Shown: positions 28,576 through 42,689, counted from the first letter of the whole stretch. The stretch: DNA of 63,571 nt, filler included, from Octopus bimaculoides (GCF_001194135.2; 4 parts of 4 records of this genome joined end to end with filler, not necessarily neighbours in it); one strand, 5' to 3'. Numbers and translations are program-made. The notes: a model not told the origin generated them from the letters alone.

Positions 28576-29186
28576 ATATAAATGCATATATTTATGTGTG
28601 TGTGTGCCTGTGTTTTCCCCCCAACCATTGCTCGACAACTAATATTGGTGTGTTTATGTCTTTGTAACTTAGCAGTTCAGTAAAAGAGATTGATAGAATA
28701 AGTACTAAGCTCAAAAAAGAATAAGTCCTGAGCTCAATTTCTTTGACTAAAAACCCTTTAAGGCAGCACTCCAGTATGGCCACAGTCAAATGACTGAAAC
28801 AAGTAAAAGAATAAAATAATCTGTACAGCACTAGATTTAAGTGGAAAAATCTTCTAAGACATTTTTGCTGCCCTCTTGGACACTATAGCAAGTTCCAGTG
28901 ATAAGCATTGCAAGATGAGTGGTACCACTTTGACTGCAAGTTTCATATCAGAGTATATTTTTTCTAGAAGAGTCGCCTTCCCCACAGCTTTGGCGAAAAT
29001 AATGAGAGTTTACTCTATCTCTGGGAAATCACTTTAGCCCACAGATGGGACCTTGATAGGTACTACTGTTCCAGGTGAGAATGGACCTATGCAATGGTAA
29101 TTAAATGATGACTATGCTCCACAACGCCAGAACTTTGTAAATGAAGGCACATCATTGGATACAGTTTAATTTCATACCCATGACAT

Positions 29187-29261
<75 letters not shown>

Positions 29262-29296
29262 TACATATCTACAACNNNNNNNNNNNNNNNNNACAT

Positions 29297-29377
<81 letters not shown>

Positions 29378-29384
29378 TACATAT

Positions 29385-29798
29385 CTACAACTACTCAATC
29401 CAGATTACAAGCTCAGGTTTATACCTGTAATTATTGGGGCGCTGGGATATGTAACACACTGCCTAGATACCAATATGAGAAAGTAGATTTCTCAAAAGCA
29501 GAAAACAGAAAGCTAATTTGAAGACTACAGATCCAATCCATCACTGAAAATGTAAAAATCTGTAAGACTTTACAAAAGTTTATCATTTAAGTATATATGA
29601 GCATGTCTAAATATGCAAGTCTATGCATGAGAATACATACTTAAAATAAAACATACTAATTTGCATGTACACATACATACATACATACATACAAAAATAC
29701 CCTGCTGATGTTGAAATTCCAATAAAGGAGCCTTGGATCTAGGTTAAAAACCAGCTCTTTCTCTAATGAGGGAAATCTTGAAATAAAACTGAATAATG

Positions 29799-29825
<27 letters not shown>
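29385..29825 (+). mobile_element. 3' end of an RLE-type LINE with (ACAT)n tail
   Basis: LQLLNPDYKLRFIPVIIGALGYVTHCLDTN..KLI..LQIQSI..VKICK. UTR then (catacata)n. Confidence 0.72.
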
Positions 29826-29830
<5 letters not shown>

Positions 29831-30263
29831 CAATGGCTGTCATTCACAAAGGAGAATGATATGGTTGTATGTAACATACTTTCACTAATTGTTTTGAGTG
29901 TCCATGTAGTTGTGAACAGACAGACATCCTCTCAGCCCTAGTACCATTGACTCAGTGAAATGCCTAGGATGTCACAGCTGGAGGGAAAGAAAACTGCACC
30001 ATTACTGAGTTAATATATATTTATTGACTTCAAAGGATTTGAACTCAAGATATAAAGAGACAGAAACTCTTACAACTAACCCCCCCNNNNNNNNNNNNNN
30101 NNNNNNNNNNNNNNNNNNNNNNNNNNNNNNNNNNNNNNNNNNNNNNNNNNNNNNNNNNNNNNNNNNNNNNNNNNNNNNNNNNNNNNNNNNNNNNNNNNNN
30201 NNNNNNNNNNNNNNNNNNNNNNNNNNNNNNNNNNNNNNNNNNNNNNNNNNNNNNNNNNNNNNN

Positions 30264-30316
<53 letters not shown>

Positions 30317-30439
30317 TATATACACATACATATATGTATATATATATTTATATATATATATATACATATACATACATATGTATACATATATATATATATA
30401 TAAATATATGCATATATACATACATATATGTACATACTC

Positions 30440-30640
30440 ACATGTATACATACATGCATATATGGGTACAAGACATAAAAAAAAACAACGGACACAGAAT
30501 GAGAAACGAAAACATAAAAAAACAAAAACATAGCAAACAAGCTCTTTTTCGAACAATGAAAAACAAAAAGATGGGACATGCAACATTAAGAACATTCCCT
30601 TCATCAGTTGTCCTCTGTTTTATCTACTCTGTGTTTTAAA
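30440..30640 (-). repeat. dispersed repeat, same family as 11429-11560
   Basis: Shared blocks listed for 11429. Confidence 0.6.
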
Positions 30641-30646
30641 GCTGAG

Positions 30647-30686
<40 letters not shown>

Positions 30687-31049
30687 ATAGAAAAGATAAG
30701 ACAACAAAGGAAAGAAAGAGACCTCGATATTATGTAAATATATATATATATATAAATATATATTTAAAAAAGAGAATATATATATATATATAATTATATT
30801 ATTATCATTATTATTGAGTTACAAAACAGAGAGATCTAATGAGATACAAATTAATTTATTAATTAACATATTCACCAACAATTGTTTCATTTCACGAACA
30901 AAATTAAAATTACAAAACATATATAAATTTATAATCTTGCACTTTAAATATCTTGTATGGAAAATCATCAGGGTGTACAAAGGACAATACAAGGATTATA
31001 TTAAGATACGTTTGGACTACTCAGAATATATAGACATATTCCTTTACTT

Positions 31050-31339
31050 GTTTCAGTCATTTGATTGCAGCCATGCTGGAGCACCACATTTAGTTGAGCA
31101 AATCAACCCCAGGACTTATTCTTTGTAAACCTAGTACTTATTCTATCGGTATCTTTTGCTGAACCGTTAAGTTATGGGGACGTAAACACACCAGCATCGG
31201 TTGTCAAGCGATGCTGGGGAGGACAAACACAGACACACAAATACACACACATACATATATACGACGGGCTTCTTTCAGTTTCTGTCTACCAAATCCACTC
31301 ACAAGGCTTTGGTCGGTCCAAGGCTATAGTAGAAGACAC
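31050..31339 (-). mobile_element. SINE family A (runs into gap)
   Basis: Reverse complement of family A. Confidence 0.8.
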
Positions 31340-31834
31340 NNNNNNNNNNNNNNNNNNNNNNNNNNNNNNNNNNNNNNNNNNNNNNNNNNNNNNNNNNNNN
31401 NNNNNNNNNNNNNNNNNNNNNNNNNNNNNNNNNNNNNNNNNNNNNNNNNNNNNNNNNNNNNNNNNNNNNNNNNNNNNNNNNNNNNNNNNNNNNNNNNNNN
31501 NNNNNNNNNNNNNNNNNNNNNNNNNNNNNNNNNNNNNNNNNNNNNNNNNNNNNNNNNNNNNNNNNNNNNNNNNNNNNNNNNNNNNNNNNNNNNNNNNNNN
31601 NNNNNNNNNNNNNNNNNNNNNNNNNNNNNNNNNNNNNNNNNNNNNNNNNNNNNNNNNNNNNNNNNNNNNNNNNNNNNNNNNNNNNNNNNNNNNNNNNNNN
31701 NNNNNNNNNNNNNNNNNNNNNNGCTAGCATGGAAAGCGGACGTTAAATGATGATCATGATCATGATATATATATTAATAATAATAATAAAATGACAACAA
31801 AAAAATGGGACCTCGATATGTAAATAGAGGAATG

Positions 31835-31896
<62 letters not shown>

Positions 31897-32096
31897 CAAA
31901 TCAAAAATAAAAATAGAACAGAAACGGAAAATGTCAAAAGGATATACACAGTAAATGTATTAGGTTGACACTCAGTTTAAGATAGAAAAAAAGACAGAGT
32001 GTGCAAGGTAAGGTTCTGAGCTTGGCTCTTTGCCAGAAAGAGGAGAGAGGAAACATCTGAAGAGAAGGAAAAAAATGTCCAAGGAAAGCATGTGTG

Positions 32097-32257
32097 TCGT
32101 TAGGCATGGCTGTGTGGTAAGAAGCTTTCTTCCCAACCACATGATTCTGGGTTCAGTTCTACTGCATGGCACCTTGAGCAAGTGTTTCTACTGTAGCCTG
32201 AGGGCAACCAAAGCCTTGCAAATGGATTTGGTAGACAGAAACTGAAAGAAGCCCATT

Positions 32258-32299
<42 letters not shown>

Positions 32300-32600
32300 C
32301 GTGAGAGAGTTAGGGGTTGGGGGTTCAACCCACTAAGGGATAGTATGTATGTATGTATATATATATGTATGTATATATTTATGTGTGTGTGTGTGTTTGT
32401 GTCAGTGTTTGTCCTCCCATCGCCACTTGACAATTAGTGCTGATGTGTTTGCATACCTGTAACTTAGCGGTTCAGCAATATAGCTTGATAGAATAAGTAA
32501 TTAGGCTTAAAAAATAAGTCCTGGGGTAGATTTGTTTGACTAAAACTCTTCAAGGTGGTGTTCCAACATGGTGGCCGTCAAACGACTGAAACAAGTAAAA
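32097..32600 (+). mobile_element. SINE family A, near full length
   Basis: tRNA-like head ggcatggctgtgtggtaagaag..gggttcagttc, internal (TA)n/(TG)n, conserved tail. Confidence 0.82.
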
Positions 32601-32639
32601 GAATAACAGAATATAAACATATATATATCTATCTATCTA

Positions 32640-32720
<81 letters not shown>

Positions 32721-33678
32721 ATATATATATATATACATATGTGTGTATGCGTATGCATACATTTATGTATATATGTGTGTGTGCATGTGTAAGTGCACTT
32801 GAGCAATTATGTGTGTTTTTATTTTCGATGTTTCTTTTTTATAATTGTATCTACTAAAATGATAAGTAATTGAAATATAAAAAATTATTCTTGCTAAACA
32901 ATCAAGCAGTCTGCATTGATTAAAATAAAACTTTTTATTTCAATAAACAATTATCTATTTTGGCAATCACTGGTGGCTGTTAGGTTAAATCGCTGAGATT
33001 CTTGAAAGCACTGTTATAGGTCTAAAACTCCTGGACTATAGCCATTGTATTATGTTTCTTAGTAATGCATATAACTTAGTGTCGCCTTCACTTTTGCCTA
33101 TCTGACAACAGGTTTTTCAATCTTATTTCACAGTTGACTGGTTTGAAGTAAGAAGACCAGACAGCCAGCTTAAAAAAAAACAAACAAAAAACAACAATTT
33201 TCATCCAGTATGCAAATATACAGCTTTGCAAGACCTAAGCCATAACCACCTATAGCAGAGTTAAAACAGTTATAAATAAATAAATATACAATGGTACAAG
33301 GGGTAGAATTTGGTGCAATTTCTCAACTATATATATTTTCATCAATCTGTTGTCAAGACGCTACATTTGTACTACTTTACAATAACTCTCTCACACCTTC
33401 TCTTTCTCTCGCTCTCTCAGTCTCTCTTTGTCTTTCTCTGACTCTCTCTCTTTCCCCTTGCTGGTTTCTCTTCAATACCAATATGCTAATACTGGACTAT
33501 CTCTTTTGGCACACATTCAAATGTATAGAAAAATCAAAGGCAAGAATATAACACTGTTCTTTTGATAGAATTGCTTAATTATACCATTTTATCACCAACA
33601 GAATTTCTCTCAAAAGTGAATATTAGTTTTAGAGAATATTTTATTTATTTGTTTATTTACTATTGTTGTTGTTGCTGC

Positions 33679-33732
<54 letters not shown>

Positions 33733-34018
33733 CATTATTATTAGAATTATGAGTCAATAAACAGGAATAAAAGTATGAAGGCTTCGAATGCTGGACCCAT
33801 TAATAACTGTTGTTTGTATATATTAAGCTTCTTGTTGTTTTTCAGTGCTAAAGAGACATTCAACAAATATACATACATACATACATATATATCTATCTAT
33901 ATATATATATATATATATNNNNNNNNNNNNNNNNNNNNNNNNNNNNNNNNNNNNNNNNNNNNTTAATTAATTAANNNNNNNNNNNNNNNNNNNNNNNNNN
34001 NNNNNNNNNNNNNNNNNN

Positions 34019-34260
34019 TCTAACTTCCGGTCAGTCATTGTTATGATCGGCCATTATTATGATTGACCGTTGACTGAACACTATTCAATTTCTTTTCTCC
34101 GTGTTTTTCTCCTTGTCTCTGTATTCTTTCTGTTGAAGAGCGTAGCTCGAAACGTCAAAGACTTTCCGTATTCCCGAGCGTCATACTAATATATACTTTT
34201 GTTATTTACACCACCTGTCCTCGTCTGTTGTTATTATTTGTATATTCTCCCATATATATA
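34019..34260 (+). mobile_element. Penelope-like terminal repeat fragment carrying a hammerhead motif, ending in (TA)n
   Basis: CpG-rich relative to surroundings; contains the motif at 34125-34161. Confidence 0.55.
34125..34161 (+). ncRNA. minimal type I hammerhead ribozyme motif (core variant CUGUUGA)
   Basis: UCUUU-CUGUUGA-A-GAGC(GUA)GCUC-GAAA-C-GUC/AAAGA. Helix I UCUUU:AAAGA, stem II 4 bp, helix III reduced to palindromic ACGU. Confidence 0.6.
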
Positions 34261-34563
34261 TATATATATACCAATCTATCAACACTGATTAAAAAAAACC
34301 TTTAGTCAAAAGGACCAATGAAAAGAAGCCAATATCAAATGTGTATTCGTCAATGTAAATTGTATATTTTATGCATACAAACTTTTGTTCCATTCTCATT
34401 CTAAACCACCTGACAGACGGGAGCATGTATCTCTGAGTTGCAGATTTTTGTGGTATTTTTGCAGCTTTAACAATAATAAAGTGTATGTGTGTGTGTATGT
34501 ATATATATATATATATAGCATTATTACTGCTACCCACAGTTGGCTTATGTTTATATATTTTAG

Positions 34564-34612
34564 GACAACAAGACATTACTATTTGGAACACCAGGACTTT
34601 ATCAAGGAAAAG
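34564..34612 (+). CDS. integrin alpha exon (first found; propeller, FG-GAP)
   Basis: ttttag|..|gtaagc; DNKTLLFGTPGLYQGK(G); phase 0-1. Confidence 0.85.
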
Positions 34613-35377
34613 GTAAGCAATGATCAATATCCCAATTAACATCAGCACTCTGCCTGCTCCTTGGTTACCCTTAGCACAATGTCATAAGGATTTGAACCCC
34701 CAACACTCCAGTTCCTTCCCTACACCTTTTTTCTCAACTTTGAGCATCACCTACATCAAGCTCATTTTGATGTATGGTACATGTTTCTGTGTTGGTAATT
34801 ATACCTGTCCCAAACAAAATGGTATTACTTTTTGACTCACCCACATATAAACATATTGTATACATGATATACATGGTACAGCATGATATATTAAAAAAAA
34901 ATTTAATGGATTAACACATATCAAAAAGACTGTGCTTTAGAAGTGTATCAATTTGAATCTCTGAAATTTAACTTAGTTTATTTTAATTATATTTTGAGTA
35001 TATGTTCAGGCTGTCTCCAGAAAACTGAAAAATCCAGAAATCTGGGACACTGCTGGTTCCAAGCTTGCTGAATAATTAGTCCAGTACTATATATATTTGT
35101 GGTGTATAAGTGATGTTTAAATACCTTTAAATATGAATCATAATTTGCTCATAAATTTAACACAAGCACATTTTACAACAATGATTATTTCTATGACTTT
35201 ATAAGGATAACTGGTTCAGGCAGCAGAGATTAAGTTTCAAATGTTAACAGTTGAAAATCTTATGTCTTTTATTAACTTGCTGTGGTATTGCAATGCATCC
35301 CAAGAATGCTGTTGAAAATCATTACACTTACTGGTTTTGCATCATTTCTTATACAATTTCATATTTCCATTCTACAG

Positions 35378-35482
35378 GTGGCTTTGCCATTTACAATGAA
35401 AATGGTTGCGAGGTTGTAGACTATTCCGATGAGACAAGAAATATAGTACATACGGATGATGAGTATGAATACCAAATGGTTG
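35378..35482 (+). CDS. integrin alpha exon (propeller)
   Basis: ctacag|..|gtaagt; (G)GFAIYNENGCEVVDYSDETRNIVHTDDEYEYQMV(G); phase 1-1; joins to GYS. Confidence 0.85.
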
Positions 35483-35766
35483 GTAAGTGGTCATGGATAA
35501 TTCTTCCATAGAAGAAATTAAAAAGTAATTGTGAGATTCTAAGCTCCTGGTAACATAGTAAGGAATTGAAACTTTACTGCTAGTGCTGCTGTACCCTTGC
35601 ACAAAGCATATAGCTCTATATTTCAGCTTGACTGTCAGAAAGAAGGTTTTATTCTTTCTTCATAGCTAAGAAACATCTTGCCGTGATAATCTAATCCTTT
35701 AAGACTTTTCTAATACAGATACAAGCCAAACATTTGAAATTGTTTAAGTACATCCAAGATCTCTCC

Positions 35767-35801
<35 letters not shown>

Positions 35802-36599
35802 ACACAATCATATATCTATCATTTTACATCTGCTTTCTATGTTGGCTTCAGTTAGATGGGTCATCACAGATTGATAGGAAAAAGAGGGAAATAGCAGACA
35901 GAGAAAGAGATATATATATGTTGTCAACAATGAGTGATATAAGCGGTAGTAATGTGAGAAGATGGGTGATGGTAAGAGGATAGAAGTGATGGAAGCCAAT
36001 AAGTGATTAGAGAATATTATTATTATTCTAATGTCCACTTTTCCATGCATGCATGGGTTGGGCACAATTTGTTGAGATAGATTTGATTTTCTACAGCTGG
36101 ATGCTCTTCCTGTTGCTCAATTTCACCTTTTTCTAAGCAAGGTGATATTTCCCTATAGCCAGACATGTTTTCATGGAAGATTGGAAATAAATGAAGACAT
36201 CATTTCTATGACAGTGACACTCCTTTACCGCTATCACATAACAAGACAAAGAGATAACCCACACATACATACACAATGGGCTTCTTTCAGTTTCCATCTG
36301 CTAAATCCAATCAAAAGGCTTTGGTTGACCTGGAGCTATAGTAGAAGATACTTGCCCAAGATGCCACCTAGTGGGACTGAACCTGAAACCATATGGTTGG
36401 GAAGCAAACTTCTTACCAGATGGCTACACCCATGCCTATATAAGCAATAAAGAAGATGATTAATCAAGTAGTAAATAGGAGTTGTAATGAGGGAAAAATA
36501 GTGATAGGTAGGCACATTGATTGGAGAGGAAGGTGAGTGGTAGCCAAGAAAAGAGAGCAGTGTATAAAGACTTTACATGAACATAACAGTTGGGAGACC

Positions 36600-37030
36600 C
36601 AAATGCAGAAACTGCCACCATCACTTTGAGCCCCATTTTTCCACATTTGCATGGGTTTGGCAAGTCCTCATCAGGACGGAACTTACCAAAGTTTATAAGC
36701 TTTTGTCATCACCTTCAAGACATTCAGCCTCTTGAGCTCAGTCTTTGCCACTTTGTCCCAATACTCCTTTGATCTCCTTCTTTAAGAATTTTGATCCACT
36801 TGCACTGACTTTCAGTACTTCTTCATACAACTGACATCTTCCATGATCATCACATGGCCATACTGGTGCAGTTTTCTCCCTGACACATAACATCCAACTC
36901 CTCTTATCTGAAGTTTTTTTTCTCAGTTCATTAGTGTTTCATTCCTCATTACACATCCAGTGGAGCAATGCTTGCTACATTTCTGTCTAATTTTCTCAGA
37001 CCTCCTGCATCAAAGGCCCATGTCTTACCA
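36600..37030 (-). mobile_element. RTE-like LINE 3' remnant
   Basis: Reverse complement contains a ..HQYGHVMIMEDVSC-like segment and parallels 24956-25224 at nucleotide level. Confidence 0.55.
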
Positions 37031-38964
37031 AGCAGCATTCTACTTTGAAAACAAGTAGTGCAAGAATGAGTAAAAAAAATATTCTTCTAAAACAATTAGA
37101 AATACAAATTTTGATCAGTATATATAACCATTACAGAATATACATGAGGTAAAGTATGGATGTATGTCAGAATTTGATGGACATTTTCCCCATATTGGAT
37201 GGATCTCATCTTACAGCTTGCTACCTGTGATGGTCCTTCATCATTTTGCACAACTGTAGAGAACAAACCACCAAATTTTATTATTATGTGTGTTTTTTGC
37301 TATGGTTTTTTTCGTTGCTGGATATACTTCATATCACCAACTACTTTACTGTGTGGATTGAGTGCATTTTATCATCTGGCTGGCACTAGGGAGGTTATCT
37401 TCAACAAAAATAAATAGCCCTCCCCCCCACTCTCTCTCTCTCCTCTGCATCAGTTTTTACTCAGAGTTTCTGCATTCTTAAGCATCATTCCTCTTCTAAT
37501 TTTGTCTTACCGATCAAGGCCACAGAGGCTCAAATTAAAAACAAAGTAATAAGCCTGCCAACATATTCACTATGCGTGTGTTCTACTTCCTGCTTACCAC
37601 TAAGAGATTATTTTTAAAAAGTGAACTTCAAGAAGTAAAATATATAAGAAAGAAGACAAAATTATGATCCAGTAGGTCATAATTTCACCAATTATACTGT
37701 TATTACTGATAATAATATAGTTATGACCTTCTGAAATGGAGCTCAATTTAGTCTCTCAAAAGATACTGTCTCGACTGCAGCTGGCTCTCTTCTCTCCTCC
37801 TCCTCCTACCACTCCATGCTATGACAATGTTAGTTGTCCTCTATTTTCTTCTAAAAAGAGATGCCATATTGCCTTTTGTATTCACATTATACACAGACAA
37901 CCTGCATACAATTATCAAGTCTTTCAGTTTATTAAAGAAGCACAAAGAGAAGACACAGTTAAAACAAAGCTTTAACTAAAAAAAAGTAAAAAGAGAGAAA
38001 GAAAACAATGTAATGCAAATACTCACAATGCCTTTCTTTTTAAGCCAGTGATTGTGGAGGGACATTGCCCCAGTTTATTTAGCTTTCTTTTAAGGCCTTT
38101 CTAGATTGGGCGATAAAGGTAACTGTTACAGAACAATTGTCAGATAGAATAGGCATGAGAAAGGAATTCAGAAATGATATTGTTCTGAGGAGATGAAAAA
38201 ATGATGCTGAGATAGCAGAAAAAGGATTGAGTAAAGTTTAATACAACAAGGATGAAACAAAAGGGAGAGAAAAAAGAATGAGTCTAAGTGTGGTGTATAT
38301 CGGAGTTGATCAAATTCAGAGGAGCAGAGGCCATAGTCATAATTGTAGTTGTAAACTTCTTTTGTGTTAATTTGATTGAACTAGATAAGAAGTCACACAT
38401 ACCAACCAATATTTAAACTCACCTTTAATGATCCAAAAAGAACTATATGTATACACCCATCAATGTATGTCATTACGTATGCATTGGGGCAATACATTAT
38501 CAGCATGTACAGTAATCCCTTGACTTTTGCAGGTGTTATATTCCAAAACCTCCCTCAATAGGTGAAAATCCGTGAAGTAGAAACAGTACTGTACTGTATA
38601 TTCTTTATTATTATTTTTATAATTTGTACATATTCATTTTATTATAAATGCAAAACAACACAATGTCGGCTTCAAGGGTTTAGTCAAGCAAATCAATACC
38701 ACCACTTATTTTTCAGTCTGGTACTTATTCTATCAGTCTCTTTGGCTGAGCTGCTAAGTTGTGGAGACATAAACAAACCAACATCAGTTATTAAGCAGAT
38801 GTGGGAGACAAACACATATATAACAATTTCCATCTACCAAATTCATTTACAAAGCATTGGTTAGCCCAGGGCTACAAAGAAACTTACATAAGATGCCATG
38901 CAGCAGGTCTGAACCAGTGAACCATGTGAAACAATTTTCTAAACCATACAAACACAAGCATACA

Positions 38965-38997
<33 letters not shown>

Positions 38998-39361
38998 GTG
39001 CATACACAGAAACACACTCATACAAACACGCACACACAAACACATACTCTCTCTCTCTCACACACAAACAGACATACACACTCACACACGTACATGCAGG
39101 AACACACACACACACACACACACAAATAAGTGCTGATAAATTGTATTTTCAGTGTTAAATCTTTAATCAGCCTTTAATCAAGAAAACCGCATTTTCCAAC
39201 CACCCTTTTTTCTAACCACATATGTAACCTATTAAACACAATGCAGTTGACATGAAATGTTAATTAATTATTGAACAGTTTAGCCAACGTCATTTCTACC
39301 CTACATGTTTAATTGATTATTTGACTCTCAACTCTAATTATCTCAGAAACTACTGAAGCTA

Positions 39362-39605
39362 CGGAAGGCGGTGAGCGGACAGAAACGTTAGCACGCCGGG
39401 CGAAATGCTTAGCGGTATTTCGTCTGTCGCTACATTCTGAGTTCAAATTCCGCCGAGGTCAACTTTGCCTTTCATCCTTTCGGGGGTCGATTAAATAAGT
39501 ACCAGTTACGCACTGGGGTCGATATAATCGACTTAATCCGTTAGTCTGTCCTTGTTTGTCCCCTCTGTGTGTAGCCCCTTGTGGGCAGTAAAGAAATAGG
39601 AAATA
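39362..39605 (+). mobile_element. young SINE family C copy with 17-bp TSD
   Basis: AGAAACTACTGAAGCTA at 39345-39361 and 39606-39622; CpGs intact. Confidence 0.9.
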
Positions 39606-41899
39606 AGAAACTACTGAAGCTAAAGCTTTAACAAATGTTCCGTCAAGGATTAATGATGCAAAGTGAAAAACTATTAATTCCCTTTTTTTTTTACGTACTC
39701 CAAATTATTACACTTTCATTGAATTATTAATTTGCCCTGTCTTCGAAAAAGCAAGAAAATATGTTTCAATAAATTTTTTTTTTCTCTTGTAATGTTTACT
39801 ACAAATATATATTTATGAAATGGCTCTGAAGAAGCTATAAAATTTTGCACTAACACTCATCTCAGAAGTAAAGTTCTTTAGAGCTGAAACAACTGTAAGC
39901 TAACAAAGATGATTACATAACTCCTGTTCTTTTGTCATTCATTTATTAATATGACACTTTGAACCTTGTTTATGTAACTAATGCTATTTGTATCTCCTGT
40001 CTATACACAATTGTGAGGCAATGATAGCAGATATCATCATTTAAAATGCGTTGTCCATGCTGGCATGGGTTACACAGTTTGACCAGGGCTGGTAAGCTGG
40101 AAGGCTGCACCAGACTCCAGTTTGTTTTGGCTCAGTTTCTACAGCTGGATGCCCTTCCTAACACCAACCACTCCGAGAGTGTAATGGATGCTTTTACGCG
40201 CCACCACATGGGAAAATTATATAATAATAATATAAGTTTGATGGTTATAGTAGTTACTGGTGGCCACAATAAGTATTGATGACTAAAATAGTTAATCTAG
40301 CTCTTTGTAGTAGTGACAAAATAGATTCAATATTGAGGTTTCTTTTTGGTATCCATTTAATAAATTTTGATTAAAATACAGAGTTAAATATTTCTTTCAG
40401 TCAAATAATAAAACATAGGAGGTGGGTGTCCATACACATTAACTCTTTAGCATTTAAATGGTCACATCCTGCCATGTTCAAACTGGCCAGGTCTGGCATC
40501 TCACTCTTACCCTACAATGTCATTTGAAAAATAAACAATCACACCATCAAAATCTTGACCCATTGTAAAGAAGACCCATCAAGCCAATCAAAATCACAGT
40601 TGTGACAGATACCGGTGTCACACAAATTGGCACCCGTGCCAGTGGTGTATAAATGCACCCTGGTGTCACACAAATGGCACCTGTGCCAGTGGCACGTAAA
40701 AGCACCCATTACACTCTTGGCGTAATTGGCGTTAAGAAAGGCATCCAGCTGTAGAAAACCATGCCAAATCAGGCTGGAGTCTGGTGCAGCCTTCCAGCTT
40801 GCCAACCCATGCCAGCATGGACAACGGATGTGAAATGCTGCTGCTGCTGATGATGATGATGATGAATGTGAATAGATAAAGCATTACATTTGACAGAGTT
40901 AAACATGGCTGTAAAGGTGCATCATTGTTTTGATATCAGATGACACCTCTCATTTGTATTAACTTTGTATTTTGACACACTGGAGGGGGAAGCTGCTTCC
41001 ATGCTCCTTTAGCTTATAATTAATCACTTCACTAGAACCCTAACTATTATTAGTATATGCATTATAATAAACCTCTTTGATTAAAAAAAAAATGTTTTCA
41101 TTCTTTTTGCTATGTTTTTGTTTTATTTTTATAAATAATATCTCCACAAGACAGGAAAATGTTCTTAGCATAAATGATGTGTGACAGTAACTAATCTAAG
41201 GAGAAAGATTGAAAGTTAGTGTTAACTTATTATGTCAGTCCATCTGCATCAGATAGGATCAGCTTTCACTAGAGTTTCTGTGCATGCATATTATAGTTTG
41301 TACGCGCGTGCACGCAATAGGAAGAGGATATGTGTGCGTGTGTGTATAAATATATATGGTTGTGTGTGTATGTATGTATATATAAGGTCAAGTGTGTATG
41401 TATTTAAGGTTGTGTCTTTAACATGCATTGTCTGTATGTATGTCTAATATTTAGTTTTCATATATGTGTATCTGTTATATGTGATGTGTATATTATGTAC
41501 ATCAACAAAAGTACTTTATATGTATGTATGCATGTATACACACACACACACATGCAATCATCATTAATTATAAAAAGAAAGTGTCAGTTTTGACATTTCC
41601 TTAATGTTAGAATGGGAGACAAAGTTAATCTGAACCTTATGTTGCTTCAGTCTTTAACTGAAATCCTTTTACACTGCATCACACTTGACCCCTCATATCA
41701 ATGGCCATGTCATAGTGCTGGCCCAATGTTGTGGAGTGCTAAAGAAACAATATAGGGACAGACTTAAAACCTTATCACATTTTGGTCCACTTCTGAAGTT
41801 TACAATGACAGACTTAAGACCCTATATTAAGATATTCTTCTTGAGTTTCTGAATTCTAAATCCACAGGAACTGGTTTCTATAAAACAATACCAGTTATA

Positions 41900-42300
41900 C
41901 ATTGATGCCAATTCAATCCAGTATAACCTCATTCTCATAACTTACAGATGATCTCTCTCGGTGCTCTCACTTCCACAATATGTGATAGCTACATCCCAAA
42001 GCCTGGTTTTCCAATTCAATGCCAAAAAGTGCTTCAGTTTCTAATCAATAGTTAACTTTTTACAAATGTCAAGTGAGACCCAAAATGGAAAACTGCTGCC
42101 ATATCTGGGACAGCATTACTGCTGCTGCTACAGACATTCCAAGCCATAACCAGAAAAAAGGGCTAAGTGGCATAAAGTCACTCACCAACACACTCCAACC
42201 TCCCTTCCACAGATAGGCCGGTTCCTTGTTTTGTCATTTTTAAAATTCCAGCTACAGTGGTTTCCCTGCCTTTAATCACCTATATTATGTTTGCAATTCT
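41900..42300 (+). mobile_element. ancient CR1/L2/Jockey-type LINE RT remnant
   Basis: ..TDD.. then RPKMENCCHIWDS, resembling the RP.MEYC.HIW motif; heavily disrupted. Confidence 0.5.
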
Positions 42301-42474
42301 AGCCTCCTTCTCTAACCATAACAGCTTTCTAGAATTCCCTGCCTTCCCCATGTTCTTCCTCAAATCATTTACCATAAATCACATCAGTCTTGGAGAGTCT
42401 GTAAATGCCATAAGCATGGCTCCTTCTCTCCAAATCAAACTTTTAACACACACACACAAGTAAAATGTAAGCCC

Positions 42475-42689
42475 TTCCTGTTTTAAGTTCAAACCTTGAC
42501 AAGGTTCACTTTATTTTTCATATTTCCTGATCAACCAGTCATATTCTGGTGTTGATTCAACCCACTATGATACATCTGTGGACATATCATCAAAATCTCA
42601 GAGCTATGAGATAATGCATGATTAATTCAAAACAATGTGAATAAATCATCATTACATTTGACAGAGTAATCTGAATGCTAAAGGGTTAA
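42475..42689. mobile_element. piggyBac-like MITE (related pieces at 40420-40900, 51520-51650, 56817-56995)
   Basis: Right end aatgctaaaggg|TTAA here; left end TTAA|ccctttagcatt at 56817; shared interior. Confidence 0.55.

Noticed and set aside
28969-29075. Open frame between a good acceptor and ccag|gtgaga
   Set aside because: The 3' half resembles a dispersed repeat (gatgggacc..ggtactac..) and the peptide is not integrin-like.
29163-29391. Tandem duplication of a (CA)n(CT)n block either side of a short gap
   Set aside because: Typical uncollapsed contig overlap across a gap.
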